64,000 nucleotides of DNA from Octopus vulgaris (taxonomy: Eukaryota), in assembly GCA_951406725.2 (NCBI GenBank), contig OX597819.1, forward strand, positions 83,948,001-84,012,000, written 5' to 3'. A program made the position numbers and the translations under genes. Below the pieces are notes generated by a model. It was not told the DNA's origin, ran no database searches, and worked only from the letters and a program-made list of their open reading frames with translations. This document shows positions 1 through 14,460 of this stretch, in pieces (within the stretch, counting starts at the first letter, position 1; each line of letters begins with the position of its first letter).

Positions 1-37
1 AATTTTTTAGGGGTGTACATGCTTCTGTGAGATACTG

Positions 38-93
<56 letters not shown>

Positions 94-850
94 ATGACCA
101 GCACTATCATATAAGCAAAGTTGTTCATTTCCAGTCTTCCATGAAAACATGTCTATCTATGGGAAAATATTACCTGGTGTGAGAGTCAGTAACAGGAAGG
201 ACATCTGTTCATAGAATAAAATCTGCCTCCACAAATTCTATGTAATCCATGCAAACATGGAAAAGTGGATGTTAATTGATGATGATGATAACTTGGAAAC
301 TGTTAAGTCATCAAGTATTGATTTCCTTTGACAATGACAATCAAGGTAGAATAAAGCCAATTAAAATGATTCCAGTATTTTCTTTTTGTCACTTAGATAA
401 GGCCTATTTTATGATCCTTTCAGGACCTCCTAGAATGGAAGGACTAAGAACTGGGACTTAGTCTGAATATTTGCAACTGAATAGACTCTTCTATAAGACA
501 CCAAAGGAAGAGCTGTTCAATGGGACAGTTTTCATCAAATGAATTTCCCTTAAAATGCTCTACATTGACTAAAGCTACAGTAGAAGGCACCAATACAAGT
601 TATTGTGCAATAGGAATGAACCTGAAATCATGTAGTTACAAAGGAAACTTCTTAATCATATAGCCATGTTTGTACTCATATTATTGGATGTTACTTCTGC
701 TGTCCTTAGAAGAATGAAAGCAAAGTGGTCCCCCAGGGATATTTGAACAAAAGACCCACATAAGTGATACAAAGACTATAACAATGTTTCTCTTAATAAG
801 GGGAGGATGTGATGATTGAAAAGGAGTAGCTAAATTGCCAGCTTTTATCA

Positions 851-1192
851 TTTACTTGTTTTAGTCATTGAACTGTGATCAGACTGGAGCAACACAAAGG
901 TTTTTAATTGAACAAATTGACCCCAGTTCTTATCTTTTTAATGCCTGGTATTTATTCTACCAGTCTCTTTTGCCAAACCACTAAGTGACAGGGACAAACA
1001 AAGACTGGCTGTCAAGCGGTGATCACACACACGGCAGGCTTCTTTCAGTTTCTACTTTCCAAATCCACTTACAAGGCATTGGTTAGCTCAAAGTTATAGA
1101 AAAAATTGCTTTGCCCAAAGTAACATGCAGTTAGGACTGAACATAGGACTATGAGGTTTGAAAGCAAACTTATTATACAGGCATACCTGCAC
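851..1192 (-). mobile_element. SINE family A, decayed copy
   Basis: Colinear similarity to 1781-2176 with many CpG->TpG changes. Confidence 0.8.
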
Positions 1193-1780
1193 CATGCTTA
1201 AAACAAGATGTTTTTTTCATTAAATCTTTTAAACTTATTCCACATTGTGATAAAGAAAGAATTATGTGGTTACACACTCAATTCTGTTATCTCATTAAGA
1301 GAAAGGTCAGCAAATTTCACTAATATTTGGGGAGGGAGAAGAGTAGGAGCTGGTATTTGTCAATTTGAGAAATACTGTATAAACAGAATTTAGCCTAAAT
1401 CTCAGCATTTATCTACCAACTAATTATCCAGCATGCCACAAATATTACCATCTTTTTCTGAACATTAGAAATCCATAGGTTGTTGATGACTGTGAAGAAA
1501 GAGAGAGAGAAAAAAAATTTTTTTAACTTTTTCCATCCTTTACCAAGTGGTGGTGGTGGTGGTGGTGGTGGTGGTGGGGTGAAGAAAAATCTAGAGCACT
1601 AAGAGTTCCATAACAAGTAGCTTGACACACTTACTGAAGTGAAATTAACTTTTGTTAGTCAACATATAAAATGGGACAGAAATACTACATAACATTGATA
1701 AGTTTCAATTGCACAACATAAATGGATTCCAAGGCATTTTTTTTTTTTAATGAGTCTCTCTTTTCTCTTTTTTTCTCTTT

Positions 1781-2176
1781 CTCTTTTACTTGTTTCAGTC
1801 ATTTGACTGCGGCCATGCTGGAGCACCGCCTTTAGTCGATCAAATCGACCCCGTAACTTATTCTTTGTAAGCCCAGTACTTATTCTATCGGTCTCTTTTG
1901 CCGAACCGCTAAGTGGCGGGGACGTAGACACACCAGCATCGGTTGTCAAGCAATGCTAGGGGGACAAACACAGACACACAAACACACATATATATATATA
2001 TACATATATACGACAGGCTTCTTTCAGTTTCCGTCTACCAAATCCACTCACAAGGCATTGGTCGGCCTGGGGCTATAGCAGAAGACATTTGCCCAAGATG
2101 CCACGCAGTGGGACTGAACCCGCAACCATGTGGTTGGTTAGCAAGCTACTTACCACACAGCCACTCCTGCGCCTAT
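1781..2176 (-). mobile_element. tRNA-derived SINE family A (abundant cephalopod SINE), well-preserved copy
   Basis: Minus strand has A-box TGGCTGTGTGGT, B-box GGTTCAGTCC, a CORE-like TCTTGGGCAAATGTCTTC, an internal TA/TG microsatellite and the tail ...GACTGAAACAAGTAAAAGAG. Many homologous copies in the window. Confidence 0.9.
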
Positions 2177-2269
2177 AGTCGTTTATAATTCAGAAAATTC
2201 TCTCTCTCTATCCATTTATATATATGTATATAAACACACACACACACAAACATATATATACATATATAT

Positions 2270-2400
2270 GCACAGGTGTGGCTGTGGTAAGAAGTTTGTT
2301 TCTAAACCACATGGCTCTGGGTTCAGTCCCACTGTGTGACACCTTGGGCAAGTATCTTCAACTCTAGCCCTGGGCTGACCAAAACAAGTAAAAGATAAAA
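2270..2400 (+). mobile_element. SINE family A, internally deleted copy (head joined to terminal tail)
   Basis: Head GCACAGGTGTGGCTGTGG...CCTGGGCTGACC is followed immediately by the tail AAAACAAGTAAAAGATAAAA. Confidence 0.75.
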
Positions 2401-2460
2401 GATACACATATGTATATACGCATACACACATATTCATACACATATTTGTATATATTTAAT

Positions 2461-2800
2461 GTTTTACTGATTTCAATTGGACTGTGATCAAACAGGGGCA
2501 CTGCCCTAAAAGGTTTAGTTGAACAAATCAATCCCAGTGTATATTTTCTATGTCTGGTACTTATTCCATCAGTCTTTCTTGCCTAACTGCTGTTACAGGG
2601 ACATAAACCAATATCAGGGGAGGTGGGTACATATGCAAACGTACACATGTACAGTGTCTTCCACATAACTTGTCTATCAAATTCACTCACAATGCATTGG
2701 TTGGTCTAGGGCTATAGTAGAGGACTTTTGCCCAAGGTGCGATATAGTAAGACTGAACCTGAAATCACGTGACTGTAAAGCAAGTTTTTTAACCAGTCAT
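2461..2800 (-). mobile_element. SINE family A, decayed copy
   Basis: Similarity to 1781-2176. Confidence 0.7.
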
Positions 2801-3381
2801 ATATATACATATTGTAATTTACATGTTGAATTTTTCAATGAAGAAAAAACAAAAACAACATTTTAAATATTTTCTCTGGTTTCATAAGCCAAAGAAAATA
2901 TCTTTAAACTAATTTTTTGTGTAACATTTTCTAGATTTAATTCTCAGCATGGAATATGAAAACACATTTACAACTCACTGGGGATACTTTTTTTTTCTTT
3001 TGATATTTTACAAAAGAAAAAAAAATCAAAATATGCAGAATAAAATTAAATTAGAGATGGTACTGGTCAAACTTCAACAATCTACAAACAAAGGAAAAGT
3101 ATAAGCTCTAAAACAACAAATCCTCAGCAAAATATACTAAATAGAACAGAATTGTAACTTTCCCTGCAAAGTTGACTGTCAATGGTAGTAAGTAATACAA
3201 GGTCTTTTTGGTTGCAAAAGAAATGAATGATATTTGATTGAGGCAAGATCTTATGGCTGAATGCTCTTCCTGTTACCAACTACTACTAATTTTACAAGTA
3301 AATGATACCCTTATTCCATAGGTTTTCAAAAGTAGTGTGACTAGTCATAACACCAGCATAAGAAGTGATAAAGGTGGAATA

Positions 3382-4697
3382 TGCAGGCTGTTTCAAAAAC
3401 TTTGATATCATTTGAAATGCAAATATCTGGGTAACCACATAGCCTAGGCAAATGAAACTAAACAGATTTAATGTTGGGCAAAACAGGATTTACTCATCAA
3501 AATTTGAATGAAAAATTCAAAGGCATGTGAATTTCATAAATGATATCACAAGATTTTGCAAGTTTTCAATGTGTGCACTGTCTATGACATAGCTGTCAAG
3601 TTGGTAGTTCAACTCCTGCCAAACATGCTGCAGTATGTCTTGGGTAACAGTCTCTAGTGTGGCAGTGATTCTCTACTTGAGTTCCTCTAAGCTTGTAAGA
3701 AGAATGAGGACATAGACCAATCCACTCACATAGACACAGAGAAAAATTTTGCAAGGTATCAGGTCAGGTGAACATGGCACATAGTCTTCATCATCTGCAC
3801 ACCCAATCCATCTCCCTGACAGATTTTCATTGAGATAAGCCCACAGAGTGAGCTTCCAGTAAGGTAGAGCCCTCTCCTGTTGTAAAATTAAGTGTTTGTA
3901 TTCATTAGCAATGAACTTCTCAATTAGCCAGTCCTGAAGCATTTACAAATAAACATCACCAGTCACATTTCCTTCAAGGAAAAATGGGTCATGAAATTGA
4001 TTCTTGGGGATGGCGCATTAATTTTTGGTGAGTTCCTCATGTGCTCAACTGTAGCATGGGAATTTTCTTTACCCAAATTTGAACATTATGCTTGTTGACT
4101 GCCATTTATATATGTGGCTTCATCACTGAAAACAAGATGTTCTTCAAACTTTTCTTCAAATTTCTCTTGGATATTGACACTGAATGGCTTACACTTTTGC
4201 TTGTCACCTGTCTTAAGGACTGAACGAGCTGCAGCTTGTAGGGTGTCATTTGCAAGCATTTCCTTGTGACACATCAAGCTGGGCTTCCATATTTACTCTT
4301 CTAATGGAATACCTGGGGCTTTGCAAAAATGTTTCCCAAACCCACTCAACCATCTCCTCCAATACTGGTGGTCATCCAGACTCTTTTGACCTTTATAGAC
4401 AGCCTTCTTCTTTGATCTTTTTGTGCCATGTAGAAAATTGCATTGCATTTGGTGCATTTTTAGTGAATTCTTTCACAAATGCATGCAGCACAGCCTTATT
4501 CAACTGTGTTCAAACATACTCTAACATGCAAAGTAACATTTCATTTCTACTAAATGGCATTTCTACACCTGAAAGAAACCCCCAATAAAACATAGAATTT
4601 TGAGTTGTTTCTATACATGCTGTTAAAATATGAGATCATTTGAATGAAAATTGGTCAAGTTGATTACAAAATATCATTTTTCTGAAACATCTCATAT
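3382..4697 (-). mobile_element. Decayed Tc1/mariner-family DNA transposon
   Basis: Minus-strand peptides LVFSDEAT, LQQERALPYW (QQDGAPPH-like), YLNENLSGRWIG, SPDLIPCKIFL..YV...VY (WPPRSPDLTPCDFFLWGYVK-like). Degenerate TIRs CAGGCTGTTTCAAAAACTTTGATAT (~3384) and ATATCATTTTTCTGAAACATCTCATA (~4671). Confidence 0.85.
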
Positions 4698-7600
4698 AAA
4701 GATCAGGGCACATTTGTGCATGCAAACACACACACACATTTTATGTGGAACAAGCTTCCTGAAATTTTTTTCTACCAAATTCCCTTAAATTGCACTGGTC
4801 AATCCAGGGATATAAAAGGACACCCAAAGTGCTCCTGCACAATGGGACCAAACCGAAAAAGAATGTGGTTTCAAAGAAAAAATTTTAACCACACAGCCGT
4901 GCCTGCAACTATAAAAACTAAATAGTAAAGACTATTTATATAATGAAACATGTTTATGAAGTTTATGGAAAAAAATTCCAAACAAATTCCATTGTCTGGC
5001 AGTAAATCATCCTGCAATATAGTTAGTTCTATGTGCAGTTCCACTGTACAATTCCATAGTATCCCATAAAATATCTCACAACCTACTGGGATGCTGGGGG
5101 CATCATTTAAGATGCCACTGTGCAATAACACATGGAAAAAAGAGGCCACAGAATCTAGTATTATTATACCAGCCTTTCAGTTTCTTAACATACATATTGT
5201 TGTTTTGTCTTTGAACAGGACATTCAGTGCTTTATTTCATCAAAGGTTACTGCTCCAAATATAAGTCACTATTTTGTATCATGGAACAACAAGCATGATT
5301 TTAGGTTATAATTTGAATTTGCATGAGCAACCTTTTTCTAGAAGCAGGTCACAAGAGACATGGCTCATCAGGCAGGCTGCAATATTAATTTCCACTTATA
5401 ATTAGGTAAACCATTTAAAAAGTACTGCAGGTGGCAATTTGTCTATGACTGATATAGTCTATTGCTAAACCCTAAAGTTATAGTGATTTTCCTTACATCA
5501 ACCTAATGTAGGAACCTCTATGTGGTTGCTCAGACTACTTAAACAGTCAAATGAATGGATGGTCTGTTCAATCAGAGTTGACTTCAAGTTAAATGTCAAC
5601 TATCCATATCCATTTTTGATTCAGTTCACCTAATTGTTGGAATAGGTATAAAGGCGGCTTCATTTTGGTAAATATACATACATAACTATGATAAATAGTA
5701 TAAGGTCCTATCCAGAGAAACAAGACTTATCCGTCACTACCTTGACACTACAGACTCAGATGTAAAAAGCCAGCATTATGCTTTAGGAAAAGATGAACTT
5801 TCTCAACATAAATATAGACATAGACGCTTGAGGGAAGAGTTGGACATTGCTTTGGAACAGTTACCACTACCTGATACAGAAGGGAAAAGGAAATAAAAAA
5901 TAACTGGGGGTAGGAATGACATAAATGTAAATTTTTAGAAAAAATTCTATCAGAACCATAATTCCTATTGTCTGAAACAATGGAATACTATACAATGAAG
6001 AGGGTGGGGGAGAAATAACCACACCAATTCCTTGCTATATTCCTTCCAGCCAAGAGTTGATATAAAACCTTCTTTGACCTAGTATTATTTAACAAACATT
6101 GATTCCCTTTTCAAAATACTTTCATTAAAGTGAAAGTGATATAAAACAACAGAATCTCATTGCGACCCAGTGGCTGAACCAAAGAGGAATGTCAGGCTTA
6201 CTAACCAAACAGACGATAGTTTGTCTCAAATCACCGATGCCAGACAGTGGACTTCAACGGCCCAATAGGTTAGACACACAAATACATGACTGACTACAGA
6301 CGGATGAAAAGGTCCTCGTTCGAACTGAGAACAAAGCGTTAGGCTATCTAAGTATCAAGTGCATTTTTATATTCAAGCAAAGATAATTACAGCTTTCACA
6401 ATTGGAATAGTCGAGAAGGAATACAGCATAAAAATTATCCAAAGGTAGATGTTGGAGCACCACCCAGAATATTTCAACGAGGACCGTGAATCACACACAC
6501 ACACACACGTGTATCAATATTATTACAAACACAGAAAGTACTCAATACTATATATACATAATCAGAGAAAGTGGGGAGACTGTGTTGGAAGGAATACGTG
6601 TAATAACTGGGATATTGGAATATCAAAAACTATTTGTTTATAATGTTAGGTACACACACCTGACTCCCATTAGTGTAAACGTTATCTAGCAGGTTTTTAA
6701 CAAATCATTGTTGCCATTATGTTAGAATTCATAGGCCGTTTTGAGGTTGTGCCCCCAAAAAAACAAGCAAGTCCAGGAGAAAGCCGAGAAGGAGACGGTG
6801 GAAGCAATGCAGCGTTTATCTCTCATCTAGCTATCATCCCTTCTCCTCATATACACATGTATGTACATATCTATTTAACTACACATACATTATATATATA
6901 TATATATATATATATAATCACACACACAATGTTTGTTTATACTGATTTTAAGGTCATCTATGACACAGCTGTCTCTCTCCTTGCTACGTAATACACGCAC
7001 ACGTATATATAGATACAAACTGCATGATGTATGTTTTATATACACGCGTTGAGTATGGATTGTTTTTAATCAGGCCATTGTTATTATCCTCTTACATACG
7101 TGTTCAAGTTAACATTTAAAACATTTTTCAGACTAACCTTCAATGTACCTGGTCAGCACTGAAAATAAAGGAGTTGGGGGACAGTGGACAGAGGGAAAGA
7201 ATGATTACTATATACAGTTTGTACAATATTTATGCTACACACATACACACCAACGGGGAAGCATCTACATGGTCGCTCGAACCGCTAAAATAGCAGCCAA
7301 ATCGCCCTTAAATCACACCTGGTATCTTAAAAAAGAACATATTGCTGAATATGATCCTGGGAACCCTGCATAGAAAAAAACAATAGGTGGTCACGGACGA
7401 AATGCCATTGATCATATATATCCAATCTATAAAAAGTATCTTGAGGTTAAACAACTGATTAGAGAAAGTACCAGGGAAAAGAGAAGTCACTAACTTACTA
7501 TAGATAGTTAAAATTAATAATCACATTTTATCGCCTTAAAAAAGGCAAGACGATTCACTGAATAATGTTGTCTTAGTTACACTATATCAGAAAAGACAGT

Positions 7601-8344
7601 TACAGCTGGAATCTTTTTTTAAAACTTAACTTGGGAAACGAGATTATGAACTACAATAAATAAGAAAAAACAGTCAATTAGAACTGCAGACCTGGAAGAA
7701 ATTAATTGACGTTATTACAAGGAATGTGGTATATAAACGGTAACAATATTTTGTAACCCGGCAGTGCTAATAATGATTTCTTTTATTGGCACAAGGTCAC
7801 TAGTCGGTTAGGGGAAGGGCAGATATGGTAGAATCCGACCTGCAGGGAAGAAACGACAAACAAGTTACCCAATGACTACATACTACATATGTAGACACAC
7901 ACACAAGCAAACACGAATAGATTTACACACGCATAACCATATATGCAGCAAACACAAACATACATGCAAACAAGTGCAATAATACGTACACAGGAATATG
8001 AACATGTTAAATCTCTTCATTTGTATAACATTAGGGAGACAATTATAAAGATAACGCCTAGGCTTCTGCGACGTATTTTGAATAACATGATGTACACATA
8101 ATCACAAATTTTGTGTAACTTATTCTCGATAAAAAATATGAATTCCCTAACCAGATATCGCGCCTGCAGTAACTATAAAAATGGCACAAAATACACGATA
8201 GGAAAATAAATATAATGAAAGAGAAAGAAACTGGTTTATACAGTTTATACATACGTTTATATACACCTTAAACTTGATGCTCAAATTATGATTTTTTTTT
8301 AAAATCAGTATAAACATTCAGCCTGCCATGTGTGTGTATGTATG

Positions 8345-8391
<47 letters not shown>

Positions 8392-8879
8392 CAGATGAGT
8401 GTGAGCGTGGTGTGTGTGTGTGAGTGGTGGCCAGAGATGATAGATAGATAGATAGACAGATAGATAGAAGTATATGGCTAAATGGAATGACTATATATGA
8501 ATGGGTAGAAAATATGGATGTAGATAAAAGCCTATTTATGAGAGGGAGGGCGAAAGACGATAGACTAACAGAAGGATGGGCAGATGGATCGATTGACAGA
8601 TGTATGTATATTGGCTGGATGGAACGACTACATATTATGAATGGGTAGAAATGTGGCTATACATGTGTGTGTGTGTGTGTATATATATATAAAATTTATG
8701 TGTGTGTATGTGGCTAGATAGAATGATCGATAGATTTAAACAGAGATGCGGGTGTAAAGATTTTTGTATAAATCGTAACTAGTTGGTAGGATTGCGAGAT
8801 AATTGATGTGATATAAAAAAAAAATTGTAAGAATAAATTTAGCAGAAACGAAACCTCAATGTGAACAATTCATACATAC

Positions 8880-8993
8880 TTTGGCACACCCACACGGAGT
8901 GTAGACGTGCACAGCCTTCATATAGACTCCCTCCTCCATACATTTGTGTGAATGTCCGCCATTTTTCTCTCCCTTTCCACCATCGGTATGCAT
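8880..8993 (-). CDS. Candidate first coding exon of an unidentified host gene (38 codons)
   Basis: ATG at 8993, open through MHTDGGKGEKNGGHSHKCMEEGVYMKAVHVYTPCGCAK to an AAA|GTATGT donor-like site. Non-repetitive GC-richer island containing a YY1-like CCGCCATTTT. No downstream exon identified. Confidence 0.25.
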
Positions 8994-9173
8994 ATATATA
9001 TACTATATAATTGTTTCTATGTACATATTGATTTATCTATATACACACATCTTTTCAGAGGATAAGGCGAATATAGCAGAAATAGACATAGGTAACTAAA
9101 AAGTTGAAATAGAAGAGACAAAAACATATATATATCAAATCAACATACAGAAACTTAGCTACATGCATACGTT

Positions 9174-9209
<36 letters not shown>

Positions 9210-10289
9210 AATAAATATATATAAATGTATGTATGTATAGATGATAATGAAAATGACTAAATAAAGAAAATATTGAAGGCAAAAACGAGTAAAAGTTTGA
9301 AGAAAACGAAGGGGAATTTAAGAGGAGAAGGAGAAAGAGAAAAAGATTGTTCAAAACAGGCTCGTAAGCGCACCTTGGTCTGATAGCTGGCAATGTGTAC
9401 TACGTCATAGGTTAACGCCCATATAATGATGTCATAAGGCCAACAGAGAGAGGAAGGTGGAAAGTTGTTGCTATTGGTGATTTGGAAAAGGGAAGCGGAG
9501 CGGTCAGAAAGCATATTTCGAGCGTTATCTTAAACTATGGTTGACTTGATGAGTAAAGGAATAGCAGTAAGAGATAGACGAACAGAAAATGTGGTGAATG
9601 GTAGTAGTAAGAAATAAAAAAAAAGAAATGATGCTTTTTTTTCCCCTTCCCATAACGCGTATTGTCGTAGTAGTGGGAGTAATAAAATGAATATAGAAGC
9701 TGCGTGGGTTGTGTGTGCTTCATGCGACAAACATTATATGAGGTTTTTCAGAGAGTAAGAGGAGAAAAAAATGCTTTCAATGTACGTATATAGAAAAGAA
9801 ATAAGCAAATCTGTGACGATATAGAAAAATTAGTCTGACTGAATAATTTAAGGCTCATAAAGCTTACAGAGAAACTTATTTCACACTTCTTAATTTCAAA
9901 ATACAAATATACATCAATAAATTAAGTTTCCTGTTTCAGTAAATGTTATTGTAAGTCTGTGTGTGCGTCTTTATTGAATTGATCATCAGATGAGATTCGT
10001 TTCTAACTAAAGAGCCAAGACTTGTATAATGTAAAGAGTGTATTTTCCATTACTTCCTTCTTACTATCATTAAACACGGCTGATATCGGAGTACTACTCA
10101 TGAACGAATGACATCATCAAAATATGAGCTTGTTTGTTTTAAATGTCTGAAAAACCATTATTTTAAAATTTGTATTGACATTCCGTTTATTCTGTTTTTC
10201 CAGTCGTTAATATTTTCCCTTCGGTCGTTTCCTTTTACCTTGAAGAATATTTTTGTTGTTTTGCCCCAGCTTCTTTTTAAATAATGGTT

Positions 10290-10545
10290 CTGAAACATTT
10301 CGGAAGCTGTGATCCGCTCATCATGTGCTGTGACGATGGCCAAGAAGGGCAGTCGGCACTATTACGAGTGACTGTGAGATTCGTCTCAATGAACCGACAG
10401 CAACAGACACAACTGGTATCGCCGATTAAATGACAAGAGCCTTCGTTAACGCCATCGAGACAAAGATAGCTGAAACGACAGATGAATCGGTCTCTACTTC
10501 TTGGCTGTGTCAACGAATTAGTTTGCAAATGTTTTGCGTTTTAGT
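10290..10545 (+). pseudogene. CRE-clade (restriction-like endonuclease) retrotransposon C-terminal relic
   Basis: One frame reads EPTATDTTGIAD*MTRAFVNAIETKIAETTDESVSTSWLCQRISLQ, resembling the FEP.A.ET.G...F...G.RI...TG..RS..WL.QRISLA C-terminus of CRE-type RLE proteins. Confidence 0.6.
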
Positions 10546-10996
10546 GAGCTATTGGAATATTGGTGTCCCACTTTCTCTTGCATACGTGTAAATAAAACAA
10601 ATAAGTGGAGGGAAATAGACTAAATACAATCAAATATGCCATGCAGATCTAGTTTACAGAACTTAGTACGTCCGAAGGGGTGGGGAAATGGACAAATTAT
10701 ACTGACCTTCAAATAATAGATGGAATTTCATTTGGCGCTTGTTACCCCAAACAGAACAGTGAAAAATGTGTCCTGTTTCGAACGATCGTACCGTTGACGC
10801 GAGGAAAAGTTTATATAGGGAATACTCTCAGTCTGAATAACCCCCAGTCAGAATTATGACAGCTAAAGGAATGTTAAAGTCGCAATCTGAGCCCAGTTCT
10901 GAATGGGACTACCTTACTCTTACTGCCAAACAATTTTGACTGTCAGATGTGCATTGCTGCATCTCAGATAATTTCTGGTTGTGATCATGACTGTTA

Positions 10997-11190
10997 TTGT
11001 TGTTTAGCCCTGGGTCATCCTTGATCGAGCAAATCTAGGATCAATGGCGTTCCAGTTGTAACCATTCTGTTTTATGTATTCTTTGACTACATCATCTAAT
11101 CTTACCTTGCATTTTTTGTAGTAAGCTGTGGTGTGGGGGAGATTTAGCTGCTATTTTTTTGGAGATAGATTGACCGGGTAGCGGCTCCCT
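10997..11190 (-). mobile_element. Dispersed short repeat family D (further copies at about 7260-7430, 12860-13025, 13450-13580, 15040-15225, 19255-19445, 41150-41245)
   Basis: Recurrent motifs TTGTTGTTTAGCCCTGGGTCA.CCTTGATCGAGC and GGGAGATTT.GCTGCTATTT. A (CAA)n-type end suggests a SINE. Confidence 0.65.
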
Positions 11191-14100
11191 CAATTAAGAG
11201 CAAGTTTATTCTTGTTTCTGCATTCATCTACATGAAACTTTCCTATTATCTTAAGCTAACCAAATAATCAGCTGAGGTTTTTACTATGATTTTTCGAACT
11301 TTCACATTATATTACGGGAATTCCTTCGCTGTAGTAAAAAAAATATTTTTAAACACGTTTTAAGTTTTAAATTTCTTGAATATTTTACACTAATTTAATT
11401 TCTATGTAATGCTTTGTAATAGAATACTTGAAATAATATAGGATAAAATTTAACTCAAAAGAATTGATAATTTCTGTGATATGAAATAACTTCGGCGGAA
11501 AGTGTTGTTTCTAAGCTATTTTGTTATTATCGTGAGGGCACATGACTTTGTGGTTAGTGTTACACTCACGATCGCGAAATCATGGTTTCAATTCCTGGTC
11601 CAGGTGGTACGTTGTGTTCTTGAGTAAGACACTTTATTTCACGTTATTCTGCGATCACTTCGATAGCTGACATGCACACCGTACACTTGTGCAGGCAATG
11701 TTGATTTGATGAAGGTTAATTATTTGTGCAGCTTGTTCCGCAAGAAATCGCAGAGCCGCCTTTCTCGGACTACGAGAGACTACCATCATCATTACGAAAT
11801 GTAGCTGAGACATTTGATACCCGACATTTGAATTACGAATTATGAATTGGACAGACAATGTAAAACAGCTATTGGTAGACGTGGGGGAAATTAAACTAAG
11901 GTTGCCAGATGAAAATTAAACACGAATCCCCACCAAAATAAACGAGTAATTATGATAAAGCAAAGCATATTTAAGTATGCTTTTAATACCTAACGTCATA
12001 TGAAAAGCTGCAGATTCTCTTCAACAGTGTCATTCACATTAGAACAAGTAGAATTTACAGTATAGACTTTATAGATTTCTAACAGTTTTGGAGATATGGA
12101 GTCCTTACAAAATTTGTGCGCAATAGTTCATCTGTTTCTCACAACAGCGTCCGGGGTCGATAAATAAAGTAGCAGTATTGGACGGTATTTGGCGCTTAAA
12201 GCGTAGAACGATTGTCCTTTCAGAATTTGTTCTGGCTCTTTGCATTAAAAATCTGGCCGTGATCTACTTAAAAGAAGGACTTAATCTGTTACGCAGTTTT
12301 ACACCATCACCTGATCTTTCGGAACCCTTAGCGGAGTCAAATCTGTTGCAAATTCGGAATAGGTCTGCTGTTTGAGGAAAACTTTCCCCTCACCCCATCA
12401 GTCTTGGAAGTTCTGTACAGAGTCATGTGTATTCACTAGCGTAGCTAGAGTGTGCCGCCTCCGGACCCCACAAAAAACACATATTGCCCACAGCAGATCC
12501 AAAAGTGCCGCCCGGGACCAACTGCCTCATAGCCAAGCTACACTAGTGTGTGTATTGTCTTTTCTAAGTAAACGATACAAACCATAATATTATAAAGCCA
12601 TACAAGTGAAAATAAGTGAAAAAACCCAGCCTAACAATCTTGATTCAACCCTCACACTCACTACCCGTTAGGTTTTTGGAAAATTGAAAATTTCCGATAA
12701 GTGTCGCGTAATTTTTGCTAAATTACAGGATAAATGAAATATCGATATTAATTTCTTAGTGAAATTACAACAATAAATGTTTAAAATACCACTATATGTT
12801 TCTGTGGAATTCGTCACGCCACTCTATTGGTGGCGAACTCGGATTCAGCGTTCTGAATCCGCCAAATGCCTTTGTCAACTTACTAGAAACAATAACCAAA
12901 TTTGCACCAACTTACATCTGAACATCTTAGAACGATAAACATTGTATGACGTGCTACTGCGTTCCCTGCATTTAGGACTTTGATCACTGTTCTCCTCGAT
13001 TAGAGCTGACTCGTAGGTAAACGACTGTAACAATAACTAACTATCCTTGGGAAAATAAAAACTGCTTCATAGTATGTAATTTTGTTGTTGAAAGCCCGTG
13101 TAACTTTTTAGTGTTTCTCAACCGCAAGTCTAACGAGAGAAGTAATGATGGTGACGCTTCTCAGTATTAAAATGACATTTGCGTTGTCGTTAATACGTTT
13201 GTACTTTACAAAGAGCGGAGAGATTGCTGTTTGGCGAGGATGTATTCGAGCAGGATAGAAGTTGGACTTCGGACTCAAGGATTGTGCGATATATTTGGTG
13301 CGGAAATTAGAAATAGTCACAATGTGCGCAACGAAAAGTAAACGGTTTGTACAAACTACATTTGAGGAATGCGGATAACCTGCAGATTCGGAAGAGTTTT
13401 GGCAATTGTTTAATCGCAAGTCAACTTTGGTAAAGAAAACTTACGATGAAAGACATTCTAGAAGTGGTCATTACGTGTTCTTACTCAGGCTATTCTGTGT
13501 CTATCTTTTAAGACGGCAGGGTGTTGCTTTAGGGAGATTTTGTTGCTATTTCTAGCAGGCCGTGCGACTAAAAAGAGGCTCCGGAAGACAGAAGGTGGTG
13601 ACTAAAATCAGAAAGTTGTCAGTGAGTACGGAATTATCGATCCTGCAAATTGCTTTCCTCAGAATATTTTCTAAGATATCTAGGAATAAGGAGAGTGAAT
13701 CGGTCCTGATACAAGAACATGACTGTTACGAGGAGTATATATTACATACATACACACATACAATGAAGGAACCTTGGATCTAGGTTAGAAACTGGTTTTT
13801 TATTGGCAAGAAACTTTGAAATAAACTGAATAATAACATACATACATACATGCACAAACACGCGCGCGCGCGCAATGTAAAAAAGAATAGGTAATTAGAT
13901 ACCCAGTCTACCTAAAGGTGTTTTATGTGGCTTCCTAGAATGGTTACTGAAAATCCGACTTCTTGCAGTTGTCGAGTGGTTGAGAGATGAAACTACAGTT
14001 AATCTCTTTCGATCCCGTACCCGAGAGTTGTGTGTATTTTATAAAAAGTAGTGTATACATTGCAATCATTTATCTTTTACTTGTTTCAGTCATTGACCTG

Positions 14101-14388
14101 CGACCATTCTGGGGCACCACTTTGAAGGGTTTAGTTGACAAAATCGTTCCTGGTACTTATTCTATCGGTGTCTGTTACAGAACTGCTAGATTACGAGGAC
14201 GAAACAAGCCAACACCGGTTGTCTAGGAGTGGGGATAAGGACACAAACACATGCACACACATACTAATCAAATCATACTGAATTATAGATTCATCATAAT
14301 CGATCTAAGCAATCAGTTTTGCACTAGGTATTAAAACCGGATGTTAAATAACAGCTAGGTTAATTAATACCACCCTCTCCCTCTCTAT

Positions 14389-14394
14389 AGATAA

Positions 14395-14460
<66 letters not shown>

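Noticed and set aside
5690-6480. Non-repetitive stretch that might be a retroelement or exon remnant
   Set aside because: No long ORF, recognisable motif or convincing splice-site pair found.
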